Source: Lingula anatina
Lineage: Eukaryota; Animalia; Brachiopoda
NCBI GenBank assembly: GCA_051362555.1
Contig: CM120640.1
Coordinates: 61,296,788-61,360,787 of the forward strand
DNA: 64,000 nucleotides
Direction: 5' to 3'
Part shown: in pieces, positions 26,912 through 40,000 of the stretch
Position numbering within the stretch: position 1 is the stretch's first letter
Layout: each line of letters opens with the position of its first letter
Position numbers and translations under genes: made by a program
The notes under the pieces: generated by a model
Told to the model about the DNA's origin: nothing
Seen by the model: the letters and a program-made list of their open reading frames with translations, nothing else
Databases searched by the model: none

Positions 26912-29900
26912 AGGTATTTTGGTATTACTAATTTTTAGTTAGTGCTCATTTCTCATAATAACTGGGTTCCAGCTACCCCCTTTTTATAAAAGTATACTTT
27001 AACCTTCTTTGGCTAGAAGCACATAAGTACATGCAAGTATGGCATATCAGTTTATGCCACCTCAACTCACTCATCTGTTTGAGATAATTCTTTTTGCACA
27101 TTCTCTTGATGTATTTTAATGTGCTTCTTCAAAAATATAAACCAGTTATAGTTGTCATGTATTCACTGAAAATTATACCTGCCCAATTATGTAGGCGGCT
27201 ACCTTCGAGGATTGAAATTCACAGGATCTCTTAGTGATGTAGAATCAGTGAAAACAGAGGACTTTGAAGAAGAATTCCAGGAATCTATGATACATGTAGT
27301 ACCCCTAAAAACTAATTTTGCAGGTAATTGAATAACATTTTTAGTAAATCTAGGGAGTACTTAAAAAATTTATGTTCACTTATTTGTTGAGAAAGGTATT
27401 AAATACACCTGTAGATATGTCCTCTTACACCATGTTTTTTTTTCCTTTTTAACCTTGAATGCTCTTTATGTTGTGATATTTATCCTGTCTTGTCATGTGG
27501 CTTTTATTTGTATGAGTGAAATACATTATCCTATAGCTATTTATTCAGTTCATTGTCATCTTTATATTTAAAGATATGGAACTTGCAATATCATATTTGT
27601 GAATTTATTAAGAGAAACAAACAGAATGCAAAAGAATATTTTATCTTATAATTTTATGAATTTTACTTCCTCATTTACCTGGAACCAACAAGCCCTGTTT
27701 ATTGAACCAACTGTAAGCTTTGAAAACTGCTTTCAATGAACCTGAATGTCAAGTAGAATGAATATGACTTTGCCAAGATAGAAAGTACTTCATATAGCAG
27801 TGTCATATCTGTATATATTCTAACAAAGGTAAAATGAAGTAGGACTGAAAGTACTTGTGAAAAATTGTTTTCAGTAATGTTTTATACTAGCTGCTGCCAT
27901 GTTTTGCAGCCCGTCCAGTGGGTAAACTTCATGTTTATAATACTGGTGGTAGAAAGAAGAGCACTGATACTGACTCAATAAAGACAGAAGACTTTGAGAG
28001 AGCTTTTAAGAAGACAGTTGTCAAACCAGCAGGTGTGAAATCTGTAATTGGTCCTTTCTTTGACCTGCTTCTGCATTTATTAAAAAAAATTCAAATTATG
28101 CTTTAGATTTGTAACAGTTGTAAGTTTTCCAAAATATATGTTAAAAATATTGCAAACTCTTTTAAATAGGTCTTTCCCCATCTGCTCTTAAATTAGGCAA
28201 AAATGCACTGTACTTTTTCTTTACTTAAATGCTGTAATTTGTACAATAGATGCAATGTATGCACCACCAATTGACCATTTATTTATTTATAAGTATGGAC
28301 ATGGAAATAAATTGTAGACCATGGTAGAGGATTTATTTCCATGATATGAATAAGTAGTTCTGCCATGGTGAGCATTTCTGCATATAATGGTGATTACTGC
28401 CTTCATATTTATTTTAACTATAGCATAATAATATTAATTTTGATTTGCGTAGGACATATCCTTATATGACCTTATGAATCTACTTACGTCTTATTGTGTG
28501 ACTGTGATGACATCAGTGCTCAATTATCTGTGTGGGTTTTTCCTTTAGACTCTAACATAGTGTTGTGTGCATTTGTTCTATACTAGATGCTCTACCACCT
28601 AAATCTGTCCCAAAGAAGAAGGGGCAGGCAAGTGACACAGAATCAGTGCGGACAGAAGATTTTGAACTACAATTCACAAAAGCATTAGTGAAAGGTAGTT
28701 ATGTTTTTCTTGGTACGAGTATAGTTCTGTGATTGTGTCAAGGCAAGTGTATGAAAATTGTTCATATTTTTTTTTACACAATTGCATTTTTCAACACTGC
28801 TCGCAGTGTTTTATTATAGATCTCAGATTTACTTAATATGTTTGAGAAATTAAGTATACTAAATAGTTTTTTTTTTTCAATTTCTGGTCATTTTGCATTG
28901 AAAACACCACAAATGCTAAAATTAGCTGCTAAAACAATGATCCCTAGTTACCACAATGTGGTGTCTTTCTAAAGACAATTGTACTGAGCACTTTTAATAA
29001 AAAAGGGAGACAAAAGAAAATATAGTAATATATTAGGAAAACGTGTCATGTTTAGGTGATTTCAGGCATTCATTTACCATGTCCTTCATAACATTTAGTC
29101 TACCCTTTATATAATTGTGGCTTGAATTAAGAAGTCTGTTTTTTTTTCTTTTCTTGGATAACTCAGTTTGGATTCCTATATGCATTTGCTGAGTCTTTGA
29201 GGGTTTTTCTTAGTAAAACAGAACCCTTATATCATGACATAAATCTATATACCAAAGTCGATTTGACGTTTTATAGAATGCACCACACCTGTTAATGCTG
29301 TGCATACCTTGGTGTATAAAAGCTATGACATACAGGCTTCACCAAGTTAGCACGTCTATACATATGATCATGAGTATTTGTCACATGGTCTGTATATGCT
29401 TTTTCTAATTAACATATCAGATGCTGCATTTGCTTGATTTGCAACATATGGTTCAGGTGCTTTCATGTAAAGGGATAAGTACACCTGTCTTGTCTTTGGT
29501 TCATAAAAAGATGTTACGGTATATACCACATATATTAAAGAAAAACTGACAATCAGATTTTTTAGATTTTTTTTTTCTTTTGATCTTCTGAATTATTGTT
29601 ATCATTTTTCAGTATTAATGTGTATACTGCACTTACTTTTTTCTAAGTAGTATTTATTTGAACTTAAATAAAAAAAGGTTAATAGCTTTTTATGTATTCC
29701 AAGAGTTGAACAAGAGACATGGTTTTATTTTCAGATGCATTGCCGAAGTATTTAAGACCAAAATCAAAACAACCTAAAGCCAGATACAAACCTAGCTCAG
29801 GAAGTGATGTTGATTCTGTGAAGACAGAAGATTTTGAGCTCAACTTCAAGTCATTGATGGTCAAACAGGTAATTTTTTAGAAAAAAATCTGTTACATGTT

Positions 29901-32900
29901 TAGCTCTTTCTGTTTTACAGGTTTTCATAGATTATAGAATGTCATAATCATTTTCTTCGCGACACTATAAACCAGCTAGTACTAACAATGTGGAAGAATT
30001 AATTTTGAAATCTGCTATCTGCGTGAACTGCAAAACAGACTTGTATCTTTGACTGCTGATGCACCAGAACTGTGTGGTTTGTAGATCTTAATGCATTGGC
30101 AGAATATAATGTCAGTCTATTTTTATTTACTATGTTCAAAACTTTCATATTGGTGACTAATTTCTATTTACAGAATGCATTGTGTATGAAGGTTTGTGTT
30201 ATTTGTAATACATATATATCTTGAAGTAAAATTAAAGATGCAAGTTGGAATGAATTAATTCGCCACATACATATCTTGAAGCAAAATAGAAGATGCAAGT
30301 CGGGATGAATTAATTCGCCACATAGAAATATAGAGAGAAGAGAGGTTATATAGAGAGATTTTGATTTAATTTCAGTTTTTTTCTCCAACATATTCAGTCA
30401 ACTTTACATTTTAAATTTATTTAAGATACTGCAGCAAAAAAGTTTTCTATATTTATTCATGCATGTATTTAGTTTTCTTTCACTGTCAAGGTCACAGTGT
30501 TAATTATATCGACTATGTAAGGCAAAACATTCTCTTAACTTAATTGTTAAGTTAATTATATATGCATTTAATCACTTCATTTGCCTTTACTAAAATATAA
30601 TCTTGTGCATAAGAAAAATTGAAGCATTTCTCAATATTTTGCTCAGCATGATATGATAAAGTTGATTTTAAATATTTACAGGTTGCTGGTGTTCCTCTTA
30701 CCAGTTTTGATCCAACAACTATTGACAGTGATATTGACACTATTCACACACAAACAGTCCAAGAGAAATTCCAGCAAGCTTTAGGTTCTTCCAGATGTAA
30801 GTGGATTTTATTTCATGGAAATGTATCTTACTGTGAATACACTGCCTCTTGTGAAAAATAAAAAAAATAATAAACTGGATCTAAACAAACTAAATGCATC
30901 GATTAAATGACTGGCATGTATAGTTTCTTTAGAAGCAACTTCCTTTTTTAGCATGTATCATAATCTTTTGTCTTAATTTATGTAACAATGGTATTTTATA
31001 CATGTTGTGTTGAGTTTCTTGGTATTTATTGCCTTACTGAAATCTAGGGCCCACTGGTATTAATGTTAACCAGGCCCTGACTGAGATGTAGTTGTCCACA
31101 GAACACAGCATGATTTATTTTTTTGATATGTTTATAGTGCATTTCTTAATTATTGTTGAGGAAAAATGGTCGTCTTGTATAGTAGCAACTCTCTGTTTTA
31201 GTTCTTACAAGGTCATTTGAAGACAGCGATGTCAGTGATATTGATGCTGGAAGGCCTACCATTGCTGTAAGAGGTATGATTATATTTTGCATTATGTCAG
31301 TTTTGATTTTGAAGTGCCAAACCATTGTACGTTTGGAATAATAGTACCTCTTAGAAAAAAATCCATCAGAATTAAAGATGCACAGAATAAGACTTTCATG
31401 AGCAAGGTACATCAGGAGGTGGTAAATTTCATTCATCTTTGCGACATAAATTCATGGCATTTATCTGTTAAAATATGATCATAAAGTATTCCCTATGTTT
31501 GAAGATAAGTATGTTTGAAGATAAATATTAACTTCTAATGTTTGAAACCCTACACTTTGTCACTTTAATAATTGTACTGGGCAGAGTAATTTTATCTCCC
31601 AGAAAACCTGAAATTGATTCATTGAACCTTAGGGCCTATTCTGTTCCTGAAAAGGCCCTTGGTCTCTCATCTATTTCTTACCAAAATTGTTGCTGACCAA
31701 TTCAAGTGTGCTTCTGTTGTTAAACAAGGAAAAATGCAGCGTTGTTGCACTAACAACCTGATTTTATTATTTGATTGAATACAAAACCTTTATTCATAGT
31801 GGTATGATTATTGGTCACTGCAGAGTAATGATGTGAGATCTCTACGTACACCTGTTATTAGAGCTTATAGATGGCTGACATGTATCCTAAAATGATTTTT
31901 GAGTGTATGTTACCTTTGCTATGCTTTTACAGAAAACCTAAGTCCAGGATCTTCAGCTCATCTTCCAACTGTGGCAAACAAGATGGACTTTATAGCAGAT
32001 GTCTTAAGTCCAGAGAAGAAAAAGAGTCCATTCAAAAGGCATGAAAGGTAATTTAAGGCGTGCAATGATGTTTCTTATGATATAAACAATTTATTTTTGT
32101 GAGATATAGAATATATCCAGTAGTTAACAACAATATTTCATAGTTTATTTGCTTATTAGTACCATGATTATATGTATCCCATGTGGCTTCTGTTTTGCTC
32201 AAAGAATCAGAAGCAATAAGTGCTGTTGTCTTATCATATTTGCAACAGCAATATTAGACTATATGCCAACATCTTGGGGCTGTTACATGTAAATTATATC
32301 TTACTGATCATTGCTCAGGCTCGTAGCCAGGGGGGGTTCAGGGGGTTCGAAAGAACCACCCTTTTTGCTGGGAAAAGGTCCACTCTGGGTAAAATTTGAC
32401 CTATGTACTTGAGGATTTTATGGTAAAAGGTCCACTTTTTCAGAAAACGAACCCCCCCCCCTCTGAAATTGCTGGCTACGGGCCTGTTGCTAATTATGTT
32501 TAACATGAAATGGTCCTGCCTGGGAGGTTGACCTGGTGGAATTTTATATCAACCCTGGTTTACTGAACTTTGTCATATATAATTTAAGTATATCTCAACC
32601 AAGGGCATTTTCTATTACTCTCATTTACTTCACATGAGTGGAAATTGCTGTACATGTCTTTATATACATTTAAGTTTATATATATTGTAAATTTAAATTG
32701 TATATATTGATTAATGATATATTGTAAATTTAAATTGTATATATTGTATATATATTGATTACCTGTGAACCATTTTATGAACCATTGTACTGAAAAAACT
32801 GAAATATACATGGTTTGCAGATTCTGGGATCCATGTTTATGGTTGGTCAAATAATTTCCAGAGTTTATGAAGAGTGAAACTACATATTCAAAGAAAGATT

Positions 32901-33951
32901 TTATAAGATCATCTGAGAAGTACTGTAAAGGGGCAATAAAATTCCTTTTCTATGCAGATAAGCTTAGGATTACATTTTATATCATATATTGGTTTTGTAA
33001 TCTTCTTAATGGATACCTACTGTTACAGATATGTTATTACTGAATGTTGGCATGTGTATGCATAAGTATAGAGCATGAGAATAAAATCGGATAAGGTAAC
33101 CAGTGGGGGTGGTGTTTAAATAGTTCACTAAGTTGGCATCAGTTTATCCATTGCAAAGTCTGTCTTGTCTCTTTGCCTGCCTCACTGCATTCTCACCAAT
33201 ATAAGTAATGTTTTATCATTTAACACATTCTATATAATTTGTTTTGTCATTCAAAGTAGGCACTAGTTCTTGGCATACATTACATCTTGTTGGGCTAAAA
33301 GGATGTATAAACTTTAAGTTGATTATAATAATCATGACTTATACCGTATTGGAAATAATATTAATTTCTAAGTATGACATTAGGAGAATGTTTTCATATC
33401 AAATTTCTGAAAAATGGATACATGAATTATCAGCCCTGCTACATATATTCCAAGGTTCACCTATCCTGTGTTCTTCAAAATGTCACACTATTTATATGTG
33501 CGAATGATTCAGTTGCATCAGTGTCAAATTTTTATCATGCATTGCAGTTGCAGTAGATGTACTTAACATGACTTATAGCATTAACTCTGCACATCTGAAT
33601 AAATTTAAGGAACAATCAAGCACATTTCTGTGTATAGAAGCTTTAATGCATTCCTAGAAAATTATTTCTGAGAAGGGAAAATGTTTTTGTGTATGACCAC
33701 TATTATTCTGTTTACTTTGTCTGTGCTGTCACTTGTCAACACATCTGTTGTTCACACTATAAATGCAAAATCATGTCTTTGTTGTACTTTAAATTATTTG
33801 AGTGGCAGGCTTCTTTTTAAAATCAGCTTGATTGTATTATTATTATTATTATTATTTTGTTGATATTTGACCCATAAGTGCCATATTTTCATTTTACTTT
33901 AAATTTGTTCAGTGGAGTCATATGGGACAGCCAGGTTCCTTTGGAAAATAG

Positions 33952-34040
<89 letters not shown>

Positions 34041-37000
34041 GTGATATGTGATTCATGTGTGTGTATTTGTATGATATGGACATTACAAAATGCATTGCTT
34101 GGTAGTTTAATCTTCTTTTCTTTTGTTTGTCATTTTTGTTATTATTTTTTTTCAATTTGTATATCAATCATCAATTGAAAGATAGTTATGTAATATAACT
34201 ACTATGTAACCTGTGGTGTAAATGGGTTTCAATTGATACATGGCAATGATTACCTAATGGTAATGAGTTAGGTTCTATTACATTATTTGCAAGCAATTTG
34301 TAACAGACCTATATGTGTTGGTTATCATATTAGACTCCTGCAATAAGTAATTAGTGACTCTACATGCTAGACAAATATGATCCATTTGCACCTATGTGGT
34401 GAGGAAGTGTAAATTACTCAAGCTAGTATGGCTTCATATAGGTTGAAGAGAACATATTCCTAATGTGGCTTTCTCGGAGACAATTATGTGAACTTAGATG
34501 CCCTTATACACAGATTTTAGATAAGTATTATTTCTGGAATGAACTCCCTATGGAAGATTAATGTGTTTTTGAAGTTCACAGCCAATTGATGACATAATCC
34601 AGTTTTGGATACAGGAAAATAACAACATATGTGATTTTCTACAGCATGGTCAACTGGCTTGCCTTGTCTGATCCACAGCAGATAATATAATTGCTTTAAG
34701 CTAACAGCACACGTCATCTGATTCTCAGTGAAGAACTATGATTGGTCATTAGGTCAGAAGCATGTGAATCTTGATAGTGTTTTTGAAGGAAAATTTGGGT
34801 GATCATGTATGGACATATTGGAAGAGAGTTATGTGTAATGACATATAAGGAAAAAGTGCAGGTTCATTGCATTATCTTAAATTGAACTTAACATTTTACA
34901 TTTCTTTGCCTGAGGGAAGACGCCAGTTTGCTTATATAGACAGGATGCAGAGTTACATTTGTGTTGTAATGTCATCTAATGGTGTACAATGTATAGTTTA
35001 AGTGGAAAAAAAGCACACCCACGGAGTCGTTTACCTAGCACATGGTTATGGAGACAACGATACCATGATATACGCAGGCGTTATCAAACATCAGTTGATG
35101 CAAGAGGGTAAGAATAAATGATTACTCCACAAACAGCTTTTCATTTACAGTGATAAGGCACAAATGTTTACAAATTTATGACTGTTGAATGCTTTGATTT
35201 TCACCATACTAAACATCTCCTATATGTCATGAAATGTATCAGAAATGATATTGCTGATTTTGATAGCCATTTAATGAAAGTCTTTTTCCATTTCCGTCTG
35301 TGATAAAAATAATTTACATTGAAGATTAAAAGATATGTTTTTTTATGTAAGATTTTTTTGCCATTTATGTCTTTTTAATAGTTCAGCTAATAACAGTAAC
35401 TGAAGAAAGAAAAACTTGGGTTAAAATGGTAGATTAAACTATTTAGGGCCTTATACCAATAAATAGCAGTAGCTGTGTCTGTCTCTGTCGTAGGAGCTGG
35501 TGTCATTTACATTTATTCTTACCACAACTGGTGAGCTGTTTCTATTTTGCTTCCATATTCACAGTGACTACTCATGAGTGCTTTAAAATGAAGGTTATTT
35601 TTAACAGGGCAGGATCCAATTACTGCTTTTTAGATAGTGTTGATCTTTGGGTACTGTATCATTTAAAACTGTCTTGGTTAAAACCAGGAGTTGCTGGTCG
35701 GTTGTTAGTGCAGGTGAAGTTTGAAACTGGGTGTGATTAGACTTTTTATGTGCAGACACAGATGTGTCTGCACATAATAGCCATCACCTGTTTGTGAAGT
35801 TTCATACACTTTCAGTTTCATACTATAAAATGAAAACCATTGTACCTTTTGACTTCAAACTTATGGAACTGATGAATATTTATGAAATTCAGGTCAAGAT
35901 TGAAAATCAGCCTTATTTGACCATTTTTACAAAAGATATGCATTTTTTCAGCATATTTTACCTACTGTTATACAATAAAAAAAACAATTTACTTTTTGTC
36001 TTCAAACTTACATATTGAATATTCATAAAATATAGGTCATGTTCAACAGACATTTTTTTCAAAAGTTGGCTGTTTTTTTTTTCCAGAAAACCGTTACCTT
36101 TTGTCTTACTTAAAAGAATAATTGACATGCAGCTAAAATTGGCAAACCAGCTTGATTGGATAATTTTTCTTTGTTGATGTCTGGACATTTGACAGCTTTG
36201 GTGCCTTGTTTAAATGTAATTTTGGTCTATGATGATAAAGGTTTTTATTTGCCCTTTGTGTAAAAATGGTAAGAAGGTAAAGAGATTTTTTCCCTATGCC
36301 TAATAACACATTCTGTTTACAAATCATTAACTTTTTTATAGCTTCAGTTGGAAAACCAGTCTTTTTGATTTATTTATTTATTAATGTTTTGGAGCTTATA
36401 CAGCTTTTTTAATTTAAATTTTTTCACATATTTGCATTTTCTTTGTCTACTGCCACAGATCTTATGAAAAACAAACATTATTTTGTAACTAAAAAGAATG
36501 ATCCTTAGGATTGACATACAGCCCAAATTGGAAAAACAGCTTGATTGGATTATCATTTTTTCTTGAATTTATGCAATTTTTCAGAAATTTTCATTTTACT
36601 CATTCCGGCATTTTCAAAGTAAGTGTAAACTTGAACTGTCATGGGCCTAAAGCGTTACACTAGTACACATTTTAGTTACATCTGTATTACTTGTTGTGCA
36701 TAATTAAAATTTGATTTTGACTTTGCTTCTAAGCATCACATATTATTGCATCAGAATTGACAGTTCCCTATTTTGTGCATCATATTTTCTGCTTTTTGTC
36801 TATACATTTGACAGCTTTGCTGTTTTGAAAATAATTTTGACATTGTGTATTACAAGCCATTTGTTCTTTCCCTTTAGACTTCTTGATATCATATTCAGTG
36901 CTTAATTATAGGTGCATTTAATCGATCTGCAGTCTTTTCCAAATATTTTAACTGAGACAGGTTGTCTTAACGTTTGTTAGCTTAAACTGGCTTGTTGATC

Positions 37001-40000
37001 ATAGTGCTCTGATTATTTCATCTTCGTGAGTTTTTAATCATCTTTTCCATGTTAATATAGATGTCACAGTATTAACATACATGTATCTCACAGCATTGAT
37101 TAGTTCATCAGCATTCATCAGAAGTAGATCATATTTTATTCTTAGACTATTTGTATTTGAGGAGCGTCTCTTATTTCATAATTGCTAAATGTCACTTTTG
37201 GCATTTTGATGATATAGCATTTACCATTGCATGGGTTTGGGATTTCTCACAGATTTGACATTACAAAGACATAAAATGAAAACCTACAGCCAAGGGCAAT
37301 TATTTCTCTTGTCAATGTGTATTCCATTCAAAAAAGCCTATTTATTTAATTAATGATCCATGGACTGGCCAAATAAAAATAGGAAAAGTGTCGTTTCATA
37401 TTCTCAAATAATATTCCATATTTCTTTTTTCTGGATTCAGTTCAAAGAAAAGTGGTATGCTTTTTGAAAGAGTTTATCTTCACAAATATTTAAGACATGT
37501 TCAAATGGCCTTACATAAAAGAAAATTTTGAACCACAAATATAAATGGGTTTTGGTTATAAATTTAATCAGCTAATCTACATGGCACAGCTGAGAGTAGA
37601 CTTGTTGCAAAAATTACAATAAATTATGACATATGTAAAAAGGTACATGTATGATACATAAAATGTATGTTTTTTTGGAGCAGACTGTGCTTAGCATTTC
37701 AAATAAATAATTTCACAAAAGATTATATCTACAAATTCATCACGTTTGCAACCTATTTCTTTTCAGTAGTGTTGCTATGTTCATGATGTTGTGATGATAT
37801 TTATTTGCAATATATTCACAATTCCATTTCTAAAACAGCTTACAATTCAAGGAAAGAGTTGGTGCCCATAGCTCTCAGTCCTCTGTTGTTTCCTCTGATG
37901 GAACTTACCAAGACTCATCTAGTAATGGCACACAAACAACTTCATATGAGGAAGTGGAGAGTCTTTATGGTGGCCGATTTTCTTCAAATTCCTCAGTTGT
38001 GAATAGCGGATCCCTTTCAAGATCATCATCAAATGTAGAAAGCACTTGCGAACAACAGGGTTCATGGGAAGATTTGACCAGATTTGTCCAAGGATGTCCA
38101 TCATTTTTTCCACAAGCTGAGAGAACTACAACATTTGAAGAAGTTGAAAGTTTAGATTTTGGAAATCATCAGGATTTCATTCAAAGATTAGAGCATGTTA
38201 AGAACGAAAAATTGCGTGCAGAGAAACCTGAATCCAAGCATAGTAAAGAAGGTGTATCTTACCTACCACCTACAAGGGAAAATGTTGCCAGCTATCAGAC
38301 TGAAGCTAATGGAAGACAACATAGGAAAAGTGGCTCTAGGGATTTGATATTACCAGAGGATGAAGAGGAGTTTCCATTTTCAAAATATCAGTTTAACCAT
38401 CGCCGAGACAGCGATCAGAAAGAGGTTCCTCCATTGCAAACCCAGAAAAGAAAAGAAAGCCGCACCTTGTTAGAACAATTGGTTGATTTCAGAAGAAGCT
38501 CTAGTATATCGCAAGAATCTTCTGCTTCATCTCTGAGTTCTTTGCATGCTCGTTTAGCTAGGGAAGTCAGCAAGGCAAGTAGTTCCAGCAGTCCAAGCTT
38601 AAGAACTCTTTCCAGACAAACTAGTGCAGACAGCTCATCCAGTTCCTTTTCCTCGGTCTCTATGCCTGGGTTTGATCATTATCATAATTTCTCTTCCTGT
38701 TATTCTGCAGAAGACATTCTTGCCAGTTTAGGGTTTTCCAGCAGCCAGAGTTTCTTACCAGAGAGATTTGCAAAGGACTGGTTGGGGAAAATTATGTATT
38801 CAAGGCAACAAATGGCCCAATCTGTCCTGGAGAATGAGTTGGCACAACTGATAGATGAAAGGTATGAAGAGGATCCATCTTACTATCACAGAAGAAGAAT
38901 TCCTTCTTTTGGAACAGGACATAGCACGCCTTTGTGGCGAAATACACCAGATAGTAGTTTGCATCATTTGGACAGGCAGAGCCTTGTTAAGCGTAGATCA
39001 AAGTTTAGAAGAGCAGCAACTATAGGTTCAGTATACAGTGGTCAGATCACTGGTCAAGTTCCCTGGCTGCTGCCCAAGAAAGACCTCTCTAATGTCAGTC
39101 TACCGGAACACTACCATTCCTGGCAGCAGAAAGAGTCGTTATCTCAAACAGCAAGCCCCCATGAAGTTAGCGATCAAAATCAACTTGATTCAAGACGTCA
39201 GCAGTTTGCTATTTCAAGGGAAATATCATTACCACTTTTCTTAGAAACCCTCAGTGAGGAAGATGAGCGTCTTTCTTGTAGTTCAAATGGGAAACAGGGA
39301 TCTTCTAAAGTGGATAAAGACAAGGATCATGGAGACCCCTCATCTTTGAGTAAATCTGATGTGGATCAGGAGTATGGAAAAAGTGGCCGGAATTCATCTC
39401 AGTGGTCTACTGATGCGAGTGAAGTATCAGAGTCTATGAGCTTCTGCAGCAGCAAAAGCAGGCTTACTTATGATGAATCCTCTGACAATGACTATGAAAT
39501 ACAACACATCAATAGGAATGCTGCATTCAACTTCAGTGATGTGACATTTAATTCGACAGTTGCAGTAAAAAGTGCTAGTAGCTGTACTTCAGTCAGCAGT
39601 GGACCAAGTTCAGAATTCTCGTCAGAAAATTCAGAACCTATGACCATGGGGAATCAGCCACCTGTTCCTGCCATAATAGTTCCTCCTAGATCTCCTCAAA
39701 TGCATGGTTTACCATTTTCTACTAGCTCTTGTTTTGGTGAAAATGATGGAACTGCATCAGACACAGCCCAGGCCAAACATATTCATCTTCTTGAGGTGCA
39801 TCCATCAACATTAACCCCAAGCCCATCTCCATCTTCTCTCTCTTCATATTCACCAATGGGCTTCTCGCCTGTTACTGTCATAGAAGTGGAATTGGATAAT
39901 AGACATGAAGGCAATGGTAACTCAGAAAAAAGCTCCTCCAGCAGTGATGTTATGTTTATCGAAGATGATAATCTCGAGAAGCACAGCCCAAATATAAACA

